Shown here in pieces: positions 21,091 to 30,560 of a DNA stretch of 64,000 bases. The stretch comes from an uncultured delta proteobacterium (lineage in GTDB: Bacteria; Desulfobacterota; Binatia; UBA9968): positions 96,001 through 160,000 of the forward strand of contig CAVSHR010000005.1 in NCBI GenBank assembly GCA_963727625.1, in the 5' to 3' direction. A program made the translations under genes and the position numbers. Numbering within the stretch: the stretch's first letter is position 1; each line of letters begins with the position of its first letter. The notes below the pieces were generated by a model that saw only the letters and a program-made list of their open reading frames with translations, was not told the DNA's origin and did no database searches.

Positions 21091-21119
21091 AAGCTAACAT
21101 CTCGACTCTGGCCTGTCAA
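21091..21119 (-). promoter_or_regulatory. Putative sigma70 promoter for the AsnB-like operon
   Basis: Minus strand TTGACA-17 nt-(TGt)TAGCTT. Confidence 0.55.
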
Positions 21120-21595
21120 ACTAAACATCCTTCGAGTCGTGGCTCAGTTTGAGCGCACCGAGCAATCCTTTTGTCACAAACGTTGCACCGCGGATTCGAT
21201 CCTGAGCCCCACCGGAAGACCCCGAATGACAAAGAAGGCGAACCGTCGTTTCGAACTCTTCGATCGGGACACAGGGTAAACTTCATGGGCGAGCTTGAAC
21301 TAACTCAATCACGAGTATCCCTCGCCGCGACGCCGCGGCATTTCAAACATCTCCGCAAGGCAGATTACGTTGCTGCAGAGCCGCAGCTTCAACGCCGCCG
21401 AGAAACAAATTTTGCGCGATCGCGCCGTCGTTTTTTTCTTCTTTCAGGTTGTATAAACCCAGGCGATTAAATATAACCGATGAAGAAACTTCTTTGGCCG
21501 TGCGTCGCAGACGTTTCCGTCTATTTATTCCTCGCTGTTGCATTTATCGGGTACAGTGCCTGCGCCGCAAATCAGGCGGCATCGATGGATGATCC

Positions 21596-23458
21596 ATGGA
21601 ACTGTTTAAGAAGATTCTCATTCCTCTGACCGGTCCCGACCAGGTTTTGCCGTACTTCAAGCTGGCGGCGGCGCTGCTGCCGCCGGAGGGAAAAATTTTG
21701 GCGCTCGGCGTCGTGCGGGTTCCGGAAGAAAACTCCCTCAGTGAGGGAGCTGAAGAGGCGCTGCGCTTTCGGGCAACCCTGGAAGAGTGCAAACCGCAGT
21801 TTCCGGACGAACGGGTCGAGTTGAAAACAATCGTGCGGGTGACTCACCATCTCTCCGAAGGAATCGCGGAAACAGCCAAGCAGGAGTCCTGTGATCTTTT
21901 GTTGCTGCCCTGGAAGGGCTATGCCGCTTCGCAAGAACATCTCTTCGGGGCGACGATCGATCGCTTGCTCGATCAACCCCCGTGCGCGATCGCGGTTGTG
22001 CGATTGGAAGGATTCGCGGAGTGTCGCAATATCCTTCTTCCGGTTCGCGGCGGGCCTTATGCGGAATTCGCCCTCGCGGTCGCGAGTGGCCTGGCTCAGT
22101 CTTTGGGCGCTGAAGTAACCGTGCTGCATTGCGAGACAACATTCTCTGAAGCAGAAATCGAGGATTACCCTTATCGCTCGTTTTTGCACAAACTGCGGGG
22201 CCATCCTCAGGTCAGACGGCTGCTTACCGTTCAAGGCGATCCGAAGCATGCGATCGTCCAAGAAGCAAAAAGACATGACATGGTCGTGGTCGGTGCGGGC
22301 GCGAGCACCGAGCCGACCGCTTCGTTTTTGGGTCCGGTCGTGGAGCGGATCGCAATCGAGTCGCAGACACCCCTGCTCGTGATCAAAACGCCGGGCTCTC
22401 TCAAGCCGTGGCTGCGGCCAGAGCATGACTTGGGCAGTCGGCCCAAACCTCTGTCCGAAAGGGTGGACAAATGGTTTGCCGAAAACACTTTTCATCGCGG
22501 CGAGTTCAACGATCTGCAAAAACTGGTGGACCTTAAGCTTAAGCAACAATTGACCGTTAGCCTTGGCTTGCCTGCTTTGAACGAAGCGGAGACCGTGGGA
22601 AGGATCATCGGCACTATCAAAAAAGCCCTTGTGGACGAAGTACCGCTGTTGGACGAAATTGTCCTGATTGACTCCCGTTCCACCGACGATACCGTCGCGA
22701 TTGCCCGCGATCTTGGCATCGACGCCTTCGCGCATCAGGACATTCTGCCGCAGTACGGGGAGAGACGAGGCAAGGGTGAAGCTTTGTGGAAGAGCCTCCA
22801 TCTGCTCAAGGGCGACCTGATCGTTTGGATCGACACCGACATCAAGAACATTCACCCGGGCTTCGTCTACGGTATCCTCGGGCCACTCCTGACGGAACCG
22901 GAAATCCAGTACGTCAAAGGTTTTTATCGCCGCCCGATCAATGTCGGGGACAAAACCTACGCGGAAGGTGGCGGGCGCGTCACCGAGCTTACGGCCCGGC
23001 CGCTCTTCAATCTCTTTTTTCCCGAACTATCGGGAATCATCCAGCCGCTGGCCGGCGAATACGGAGGGCGCAGGTCGGTGCTCGAACGGGTTCCTTTTTT
23101 TGTCGGATACGGCGTCGAGACCGGCCTATTGATTGATCTTTTCAGTCAGTACGGCCTGCAGGCAATTGCTCAGGTCGATCTAGAAGAGCGCATCCACCGT
23201 AATCAGTCTCTCCCAGCGCTGAGCCAGATGGCGTTTGCGATCATCCAGGTGTTCATTCAGCGGCTTGAGGAAAAGAACCGGATCAAGTTGATGGAAGAAG
23301 TCAATCAAAGTATGAAGCTCATCCGGCACAAAGAATCCACCTACGCGCTCGACGTCAAAGACATTCGAGACCAGGAGCGTCCGCCGATAATTTCGGTTCC
23401 AGAATACCGTGAGCAACGCCGGCAATCGTCCGCCGCCGGAGGCGCCACGCGCATTTGA
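21596..23458 (+). CDS. gpgS: Glucosyl-3-phosphoglycerate synthase fused to two N-terminal universal stress protein (USP) domains
   Basis: N-terminal KKILIPL...LFGATIDRLL and ILLPVRGGP...FLGPVVERI (USP x2); C-terminal LPALNE, DSRSTD, GKGEALW, DTD, KGFYRRP, GGRVTEL, QPLAGEY, YGVE, HRNQ. Confidence 0.88.
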   Translation: MELFKKILIPLTGPDQVLPYFKLAAALLPPEGKILALGVVRVPEENSLSEGAEEALRFRATLEECKPQFPDERVELKTIVRVTHHLSEGIAETAKQESCDLLLLPWKGYAASQEHLFGATIDRLLDQPPCAIAVVRLEGFAECRNILLPVRGGPYAEFALAVASGLAQSLGAEVTVLHCETTFSEAEIEDYPYRSFLHKLRGHPQVRRLLTVQGDPKHAIVQEAKRHDMVVVGAGASTEPTASFLGPVVERIAIESQTPLLVIKTPGSLKPWLRPEHDLGSRPKPLSERVDKWFAENTFHRGEFNDLQKLVDLKLKQQLTVSLGLPALNEAETVGRIIGTIKKALVDEVPLLDEIVLIDSRSTDDTVAIARDLGIDAFAHQDILPQYGERRGKGEALWKSLHLLKGDLIVWIDTDIKNIHPGFVYGILGPLLTEPEIQYVKGFYRRPINVGDKTYAEGGGRVTELTARPLFNLFFPELSGIIQPLAGEYGGRRSVLERVPFFVGYGVETGLLIDLFSQYGLQAIAQVDLEERIHRNQSLPALSQMAFAIIQVFIQRLEEKNRIKLMEEVNQSMKLIRHKESTYALDVKDIRDQERPPIISVPEYREQRRQSSAAGGATRI

Positions 23459-24306
23459 ACACCGCGCACCTCATCGTTATCACCGACCTCGATGGCACCC
23501 TTTTGGATGCCGATAGCTACCGGTACGACGCCAGCTTGCCGGCCGTGCGCAGACTTCAGGCGCTAGGAATCCCTCTCATCCTCTGTTCGAGCAAGACGGC
23601 GAGCGAGATCAAACGTTTGCGGCGGGAGTTGGGGCTCAGAGATCCGTTCATCTGCGAAAACGGCGGCGCCGTGTATTTTCCAAAAGGCTATTTCCCCTTT
23701 CCCGTCGCCGACGCGAAAGTTCAAGGAGATCTGGAAACGATCGCCCTCGGAACGGAAATCACAGTCCTGCGCCGCGCGTTGAAAGAAAGCATCCATGGCC
23801 TGACCCTGCGCGTTCGCTCCTTCGGCGAGATGAGCGTCGAGGACGTTTCGCAATTGACGGGACTTCCAAGGGAGCAGGCCTCATTGGCCCTGCAGCGCGA
23901 GTATGACGAGCCGTTTACCCTTGAAGGCAAAGACTCGGAGCGGCTGTTCGCGGTTCTCCGAAGCAGAGGCTTGCCCGTGACCTTTGGGGGGCGACTGTAC
24001 CATCTGACCGGAGGACACGACAAAGGTCACGCGGTGAGACGGCTTCACGCACTCTATCGCAAGCTCGATCCCGCTTGCGTCAGCGTGGGACTTGGCAACT
24101 CGGCGAACGATCTGCCGCTGCTTCGGGAAGTCGATCGTCCGATCCTGATTCGAAACGCCGATGGGTCCTATGACAAAGACGTGCTACGGGCGATGCCGCA
24201 GGTCGACAGACCGCTGGAGCGCGGCCCCGTTGGCTGGAGCGCGGCTATCGCGAAAATTCTCGCCGAAAACGAGCCGCAAGGCAGAACAAGCCAACCGGAA
24301 AAATAA
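23455..24306 (+). CDS. mpgP: Mannosyl/glucosyl-3-phosphoglycerate phosphatase (HAD IIB)
   Basis: TDLDGTLL, CSSKT, ENGG, REYDEPF, DKG, GNSAND; start overlaps the gpgS stop. Confidence 0.85.
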   Translation: MNTAHLIVITDLDGTLLDADSYRYDASLPAVRRLQALGIPLILCSSKTASEIKRLRRELGLRDPFICENGGAVYFPKGYFPFPVADAKVQGDLETIALGTEITVLRRALKESIHGLTLRVRSFGEMSVEDVSQLTGLPREQASLALQREYDEPFTLEGKDSERLFAVLRSRGLPVTFGGRLYHLTGGHDKGHAVRRLHALYRKLDPACVSVGLGNSANDLPLLREVDRPILIRNADGSYDKDVLRAMPQVDRPLERGPVGWSAAIAKILAENEPQGRTSQPEK

Positions 24307-24499
24307 GCTTGAGAACTCCGACGGTAACAGCGCATAACAATCCGTCTCTTTTTCAAAGCGAATCTCGGTTGGCGCATTTTCAACGACTCGGCCGAATTAG
24401 AATACGCCGCGCCAATCCCGGAAAGTATCGTATCGCACCGCCCCTATATCAACTTCGGCAGGCCGTTGTTCTGCGGTTCGTAGCCGGGAGCTTCCTTGC

Positions 24500-24750
24500 G
24501 GCGCCGATGGCGCCGCCGATCTATTGATCGTACCACTTCGTGCCCACCTCCTCGTTGTACCATTTCACCTGCTCGGTTCCGTCCGCGGCCTGATCCTTGA
24601 CCGACTCGTCAAATCGCCGCACGTTGGTTTCCACTTGCGGTTCGGCGGTAAAGCTTCGTCCGCGGGCTTGTTCCAGGTACCGTCGAAGCACAAAACGACT
24701 CTCTTCCTGGCAAAACCTCTTCGTCGGACTAGTTTACTTTTTCGCGGCAA
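24500..24750 (-). pseudogene. DUF2235 (Tle1-like alpha/beta hydrolase) N-terminal remnant
   Basis: KRVVLCFDGTWN, then a frameshift (~24638) to ETNVRRF...QVKWYNEEVGTKWYDQ*IGGAIG with an in-frame TAG at 24521-24523. Confidence 0.65.
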
Positions 24751-24896
24751 CTCATGCGACCACCGCGGTCGGTAGCGACCCGCAGCTCAGCTGCGACTTA
24801 TCGACGCAGCTTCGTTATCCGGACCAATGGTTTTCCCGAGCTTCGCAGGAAAGCGACAATTGCGATTGGACGCGAGCGCTCCGGCCAGCCGATTAA

Positions 24897-26597
24897 TCAG
24901 GCGAACCACTGCTTTTGCTTGAGGATATATTCCGCCGTGCGATAGCTCAACGCCGCCACCGTCGCCGTCGGCGGATAACCGGCCATGGTGGGAAACACCG
25001 ATGAGCCGACGATAAACAGATTCGCAATATCATGAGTCTGGCAATATTCGTTAACCACCGAGTTTTTCGGCTCGGCACCCATCCGGGTGCCGCCGGCCCA
25101 GCGGTTGGGACGGCCTTTTTCCTCAGTCCACACTTTGCTTGCACCGGTCGCCTTCATGATCTTCTCGCCGACGCCGGCCATGAATTTTTGCAAACGCCGC
25201 TCGTTCTGGTGGAACTCGAACGTAACTCTGGGCAACGGCAAACCCCAGCGGTCGCGATGACGTGGGTCGAGGTCGACGCGATTGTTGGGGTGCGGCAAGG
25301 TTTCCGGCTGCATGTTGAGATCCATCGTCCGACTGTAGTAGCGGGTGAAAAATTCTTTGAACTCTCTGCCCCAGGGCCGGACGTCGGGCGGCAACACATC
25401 GATTCTCGTCACCGGCGAGCCGTCACCGCTGGTGCCAATGGTACCGCCGCGAATGAAGCCCACCCCGGTGTGATCGAAGTTGTTGCCGTTGAAGTCGTCG
25501 ATGCGCATCGCCGCCGACCCCGGTCCGATGAAACCGTTGATGATGTAATCGTCGAATACACCCATGGCGCGCACATCACCGTGCGCCAAAATGTTGCGGC
25601 CGACGTAACCGCTGCTGTTGGCCATGCCTTTGGCAAATCGGCCTCGACCCGTCTTCGACAGCAGCAACAGACGCACATGCTCGAAAACAAAAGCGCTTAA
25701 GATGACCACCCGGGCTTGCTGTTCGTGCGGCCGGCCGTCGGCGTCGAAATAACTCACCCCCGTCACCTGCCCGTTACCATCGCTATTGATATGATAAACT
25801 TTCGCTTTAGTTTTGAGATCGAAATTACCGGTCTCAAGCGCCACAGGGATGACGGTATAAAGGGAAGCTGATTTGGCGTGGACATGGCAGCCGTAGAAAT
25901 TGCAATGGCCGCAGTAGACGCACGCCGGCCGCTCGGGAATGCGCGTGTCGAACGGCTCGGGCGGTCGATAAGGTTGGGAGAGAATACCAGCGGAAGTGTC
26001 GTAAGCGTGATAGCCCAATTTCGCGCATGCCGCGGCGAACAGCTTCATGCGTGCCGAGTGGCGCAGCGGCGGCAGCGGAAAACCGCGCTTGCGCGGCCCG
26101 GCGAACGGATTGGCCCCGGCCACGCCGGATACGCCGAACTCCCACTCAAATCGCTCATAGTAGGGTTCCAAGTCGTCGTAGCTGAGAGGCCAATCGATGA
26201 TATCGTAACCAGATAAATCCGCTCCGGCGCGCGCGGCGTTGCCGTTTTCAACCTCGTTGGTGAAAAGCTTGAAGTCGCCCGGCATATAGCGCGACGACTG
26301 TCCGGTCCAGTGCAGCAATGCGCCGCCGAGCACATTGAGCGGGCTGGTGCGATACTGCACTCTGGTCTTTTCGTCGGCCTTGCTCCGCGTCGTGGTGGGT
26401 TCGTCGCGCACCCACTCCAGCTGTTCGGGGCGGATAAGAAAACGAATCGAATCGCGCGGCGCGTAGTCTTCATGCTTGGGCGCTGGCCCGCGCTCGAAGC
26501 CTACGACCTTCAACCCGGCCGAGGCAAGTTCCTTCGCCATGATTCCACCCAATCCGCCAACGCCGACAATGCATACATCCGCGATTGTTTTGCTCAT
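24897..26597 (-). CDS. GMC oxidoreductase, gluconate 2-dehydrogenase flavoprotein-like
   Basis: VGVGGLGG, DWPLSYDDLEPYY, CVYCGHCNFYGC, GGTRMG, NLFIVGSSVFPT, PTATV. Confidence 0.88.
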   Translation of the reverse strand: MSKTIADVCIVGVGGLGGIMAKELASAGLKVVGFERGPAPKHEDYAPRDSIRFLIRPEQLEWVRDEPTTTRSKADEKTRVQYRTSPLNVLGGALLHWTGQSSRYMPGDFKLFTNEVENGNAARAGADLSGYDIIDWPLSYDDLEPYYERFEWEFGVSGVAGANPFAGPRKRGFPLPPLRHSARMKLFAAACAKLGYHAYDTSAGILSQPYRPPEPFDTRIPERPACVYCGHCNFYGCHVHAKSASLYTVIPVALETGNFDLKTKAKVYHINSDGNGQVTGVSYFDADGRPHEQQARVVILSAFVFEHVRLLLLSKTGRGRFAKGMANSSGYVGRNILAHGDVRAMGVFDDYIINGFIGPGSAAMRIDDFNGNNFDHTGVGFIRGGTIGTSGDGSPVTRIDVLPPDVRPWGREFKEFFTRYYSRTMDLNMQPETLPHPNNRVDLDPRHRDRWGLPLPRVTFEFHQNERRLQKFMAGVGEKIMKATGASKVWTEEKGRPNRWAGGTRMGAEPKNSVVNEYCQTHDIANLFIVGSSVFPTMAGYPPTATVAALSYRTAEYILKQKQWFA

Positions 26598-27121
26598 GAT
26601 TTTTTTGCTTGGTTCTTGGCGGAGTCCACCGCGACGGGCTCCAGATCGACTCGTTGATTGATGTACGCATCGGTGTAACCGAACTGCTGGCCGGGGAAGT
26701 CCACCAAGCGCCAGCCAGTCATGTTCTCGTTGCCGCCGTACTGCGGCTCACAGAACACGCCTTCCAGGATATGATAACGCAGGGTCTCGAAAAACTCCGC
26801 GGCTCGTTTATAACCAACCACCGCACCGGATTCGAAATCGATCAAGATCGCGTCCTTTTGCTCGTCGGTCAATGCGATGAAATTGCGGCCGAAGTTGTTC
26901 TGCGCATGACGGTTGATAGCAAGCAGCCCCTGGCGGTAAAGCGCCAATAGACTGGCGTAGTCGCCCGCCAGGGCGACGTCGATGTATTCGAGCGCGCCGA
27001 TTTCCACGGCGCCCGGCGTATCGGTCTTGGGGAAAATCCGGTCGGCGACCGCTTCGAGAATAACCGCTTCATCCCCAGTTAAGATTTTGAATGCTCGAGG
27101 CTGGTGCTTGTTCGTAGGCAT
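26594..27121 (-). CDS. Gluconate 2-dehydrogenase subunit 3 family protein
   Basis: DRIFPKTDTPGA, FFETLR, EGVFCEPQYGGN, GWRLVDFPG; overlaps the GMC start; no Tat signal. Confidence 0.85.
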   Translation of the reverse strand: MPTNKHQPRAFKILTGDEAVILEAVADRIFPKTDTPGAVEIGALEYIDVALAGDYASLLALYRQGLLAINRHAQNNFGRNFIALTDEQKDAILIDFESGAVVGYKRAAEFFETLRYHILEGVFCEPQYGGNENMTGWRLVDFPGQQFGYTDAYINQRVDLEPVAVDSAKNQAKKS

Positions 27122-27287
27122 CGGCGCGTTGAATCTCCTGTGCGAAGTTGTCCTTCCTCCATAGCAGAAATCGGCAGCAAAAAGGTAGCGGTAGCCGAGC
27201 CCGACCATCTACCCTAGACGCAATCAACTCGTTGCCTGCGGATAAATTTAAAAACAGGGAATGATTACGGCAAGTCCGTCATGATGT

Positions 27288-27869
27288 TCAGGTGACGGTC
27301 GGGTCGAATTGCTTGGGCAAGCGCTTAAGCCAAACTTTTTCAAAACAATCGAGCAATTTACCCGGCTCGGCTTCGACGATCATCAGCGCGCGGTGTTTCG
27401 GCTTGATAAAATCCTCCGCCACCGCGCGATCTAAGAATTCGATCAATGGGTCGTAGTAACCGCCCACGTTGAGCAGTCCACAGGGTTTCTCGTGCAATCC
27501 GAGCTGCGCCCAGCTCAGCACTTCGAAAAATTCTTCCATGGTGCCGATGCCGCCCGGCAGGGCGACAAAACCGTCGGACAGCTTGGCCATCAGCGCTTTG
27601 CGCGCGTGCATCGAGCCCACGACGTGCAGCTTCGAAAGGCCTCGATGCGCCACTTCCTTGCTGACCAAGGAATCCGGAATCACTCCGGTTACATTACCGC
27701 CAAGAGTCAAGACCGTATCGGCGATCACGGTCATCAAGCCGACATTGCCGCCGCCGTAAACTAGCGCCATATCACGGTTGACCAGAATTTCACCAAGCCG
27801 TCGCGCCGCGTCAGAATATTCGGCTGACGCGCCATGACGCGAACCTGTAAAAACACAAATTTTTCTCAT
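27288..27869 (-). CDS. LOG-family (TIGR00730) phosphoribohydrolase
   Basis: LVYGGGNVGLM, MHARK, PGGIGTMEE. Confidence 0.92.
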   Translation of the reverse strand: MRKICVFTGSRHGASAEYSDAARRLGEILVNRDMALVYGGGNVGLMTVIADTVLTLGGNVTGVIPDSLVSKEVAHRGLSKLHVVGSMHARKALMAKLSDGFVALPGGIGTMEEFFEVLSWAQLGLHEKPCGLLNVGGYYDPLIEFLDRAVAEDFIKPKHRALMIVEAEPGKLLDCFEKVWLKRLPKQFDPTVT

Positions 27870-27952
27870 GTTCTGATTCGCCGAACTACAGTTGCAGCTG
27901 CTTACTCATGTTTTAACGGCAACTCTTGCGCCACTGTGGAAAGATGGAGAGT

Positions 27953-29584
27953 TTACTCTACCGCCGCAACCCTTTCCCGCGCGGCGCAGCCGTGCCGTAA
28001 GAGATCCAGTGCGCCGTCGGCGTCCGGTGCCATCACCACAGTGATGCGCATATAGGCTTCCAAACGCGTGGTCGCCGCCGGCACCCACTCCCGACCGTCC
28101 ACATGGCAACGCACCAACACGCAGCCCGAAGGCAAGCCAAGCTCGCGCACGAGCAGGCCGGCAAACGGTGAGTTTGGTTCGACCTCGAACTCCACGACGA
28201 TCGGCTCGTCGTGGCTGGCGCCGATGCCCTCGCGCGACAGGTCGCGTTCAAGCAGCGCTTCATAGATCGGGAAATCTTTTAGATACTCCGCCACCGCATA
28301 GGCGCAAAAGCTGGCGGCGAGAAGCGGCAGCATTTGCTCGTAGCTGCCGGTCATCTCGGTAATCAAGAGAATCCCCGTCAACGGCGCGCGCACGATCGCG
28401 GTGAAATAAGCGGCCATGCCGACCACCGCGAAGACGCCGGGTTCGGCGGCGAGAGCAGGCATGAAGATATGAACCATCCGGCCGACGCCCAAGCCGAGCA
28501 GAGCGCCCAGCGCCAGCAGCGGCGCAAAGATTCCGCCTGCCGCGCCGGTTCCATAGCTCGTCACCGTCAATCCGAAGCGTACGATAAACAACAGGGGAAT
28601 CGCCATGAGAGGGGTTTTGTTCATCAGCACGGTTTCGGCCAATTCATGACCGCCGCCGACCGCTAGCGGTGAAAACCACGCTAGCAGCCCGGCCGATGCG
28701 CCCACGGCGGCGCAAATACCGAGGCTCCAGTTCCGGGGAACCCGCGCCATCAAATTGAGGGTACCGAGCAGACCGCGATTATAAGCCACGCCGAGCAAGC
28801 CGGCAAAAACTCCAAGCAATGCAAACGCCGGCAGCGCCGATAACGGCGGCATCGCGTAGCTCGGCACGGTAAACACCGGCAGCTGCCCGGACACCGAGCG
28901 TGCCACCACATCCGCGGCGGCGGCGGCCACGAAAGAGGCGCCGAACACAGCCGGCCTAAAATCGCGTTGCATTTCTTCGAGGACGAAAGCCAATCCCGAC
29001 AGCGGCGCGTTGAACGCCGCCGCGAGCCCCGCCCCCGCGCCAGCCGCCGTCAGCGTCAAACGGTCTTGGGGCGAAACCTTCAAGCCGCGCGAGATGCCGT
29101 CAGCCACCGCTCCGCCCATCTGCACAGTCGGGCCCTCGCGGCCGAGCGCCAAACCACTGCCGATCGCCAACACGCCGCTAAACATCTTGACAACTAAAAC
29201 GCGGCCCCAGCTGAGATCGCGGAAGCGATGCAGGACCGCTTTGAGATGGGGGATGCCGCTGCCGCTCGCTTCCGGAGCGTATTGAAGCACCAGCGCCGTC
29301 GCAATCAACGCGCCGATGGCGCTGAACAGCATGGGAAAAATCCAGCCGAAAATCGGCACCGTGTAAGCCCAATGGATGAGCAGATTACGCAGGCCGTCGG
29401 CCGCTGCAAGCAAGGCGCGGAAGATAACCGCGATGCCGCCGGCGCAAAGCCCAACCAAGGCAGCGCGCGGGAACAGCTTGTGCCGTTCTTGACTGACCTC
29501 AAGATACTCTTGAATCTCGGATCTGGCTTCGACGCTGGCGTTTTTTAACGGAAGAGATTGGTTACCATCGGACTCTGTTTCCAT
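27953..29584 (-). CDS. clcA: H+/Cl- exchange transporter with a C-terminal TrkA-C (RCK_C) domain
   Basis: GSGIP, GREGP (gating Glu), FVLEE (proton Glu), GIFAP, PIY; C-terminal SPFAG..VRELGLP. Confidence 0.9.
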   Translation of the reverse strand: METESDGNQSLPLKNASVEARSEIQEYLEVSQERHKLFPRAALVGLCAGGIAVIFRALLAAADGLRNLLIHWAYTVPIFGWIFPMLFSAIGALIATALVLQYAPEASGSGIPHLKAVLHRFRDLSWGRVLVVKMFSGVLAIGSGLALGREGPTVQMGGAVADGISRGLKVSPQDRLTLTAAGAGAGLAAAFNAPLSGLAFVLEEMQRDFRPAVFGASFVAAAAADVVARSVSGQLPVFTVPSYAMPPLSALPAFALLGVFAGLLGVAYNRGLLGTLNLMARVPRNWSLGICAAVGASAGLLAWFSPLAVGGGHELAETVLMNKTPLMAIPLLFIVRFGLTVTSYGTGAAGGIFAPLLALGALLGLGVGRMVHIFMPALAAEPGVFAVVGMAAYFTAIVRAPLTGILLITEMTGSYEQMLPLLAASFCAYAVAEYLKDFPIYEALLERDLSREGIGASHDEPIVVEFEVEPNSPFAGLLVRELGLPSGCVLVRCHVDGREWVPAATTRLEAYMRITVVMAPDADGALDLLRHGCAARERVAAVE

Positions 29585-29850
29585 TACACTCCGATTAGTT
29601 TAACGGATACGAGCACAAAATTCTACGGGGTTTGAAAAAAATCACCGCTCACGGAGGCAAAAGCCGATATTTTCGGCACCCCGTTAGCCGGCGAAAAAAG
29701 TTTTGTCGTCGCCAGTTGAGACTGAACAATCTCGGAAAGATCGCGAAACACCTCGACCACGCCTGCTGCTGCCGGCGTGCCGTCGGTTTCGAAAATCACC
29801 AAGCGCAGCGAGGTGCTCCGAAAATTTGACGGCGTGCTAGTGCGGCACGC

Positions 29851-30400
29851 TCATTTCCACAGTTTCTGAATAAACCCTTCTTTATCGAGTTCCTGAAAAA
29901 AACGCGCATCGATGAATTGCTCGGACTTGAGATCGGCGACGCGCGGATCGGTCTCGGCCATTTGATCCAGGACGGTCTTGAGCGACTCCGGCGACGGCCG
30001 CGGAATGCGCGGGATGTTGCGCAGGATATACATATCGTAAAGCTCGTCGAACACCGCCGAATCGCTGCTGCGCAGGTATTATTTCTTAATGGTGATCGCA
30101 GCAACCCGCTGGGTCTTGGCAAAGTGGACGCCCTCGACGAAGCCGCGGATAAATTTTCTCACCGTGTTTTCGTTGCGCTTGATGAACGAGCGCGTCGTCA
30201 CCGCCGAAGAAGTGGGAAAGTTGATACCCATCTTGGCGATATCCGACAGCTCGCGAAATCCTTCGCGCCGCCCGAGAATCGCCAGCTCAGCGTTAATGAC
30301 CGCGGCGTCCAGGGCGCCGGCGCCCAACGCGTTGAAGACATCGGTGACGCCGCCTACCTGGATCACGGCGAAATCGCGTTGGCGCTTGACCGGCCACTTC
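29851..30400 (-). pseudogene. Truncated NitT/TauT-type solute-binding protein with an in-frame TAA
   Basis: ...VHFAKTQRVAAITIKK*YLRSSDSAVFDELY...QELDKEGFIQKLWK, same frame either side of TAA 30079-30081; N-terminal half absent. Confidence 0.7.
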
Positions 30401-30448
30401 GGCCCGTGACAAGAGCTGTCGCAAAGATTCTTCCATCAACGAATGCAT

Positions 30449-30560
30449 TCAATGGTCGGCAAGCTCGAGCGCCCGACGCTCGGTGATTGGGTTCGGCACG
30501 GCGACGCAGAAGATCCCTGCGGCGCGCGCGGCGGTGACGCCGCCGGGCGGATCTTCATCA
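30449..30560 (-). pseudogene. C-terminal remnant of a HAD-family (beta-PGM/CbbY-like) phosphatase
   Basis: EDPPGGVTAARAAGIFCVAVPNPIT matches motif IV (EDSxxGxxAAxxAG); no motif I upstream. Confidence 0.55.

Noticed and set aside
20937-21128. 63-aa ORF as a leader peptide
   Set aside because: It starts upstream of the predicted -35 and has no regulatory codon run
21172-21187. Sigma54-like site tgtcac-N5-ttgca
   Set aside because: The invariant -24 GG is GT
21572-22855. 427-aa minus-strand ORF
   Set aside because: Antisense shadow of USP-GpgS with no family motifs
30079-30081. Stop read-through in the solute-binding protein fragment
   Set aside because: The stop is TAA, there is no recoding signal, and the gene is also 5'-truncated, so pseudogene is the simpler reading
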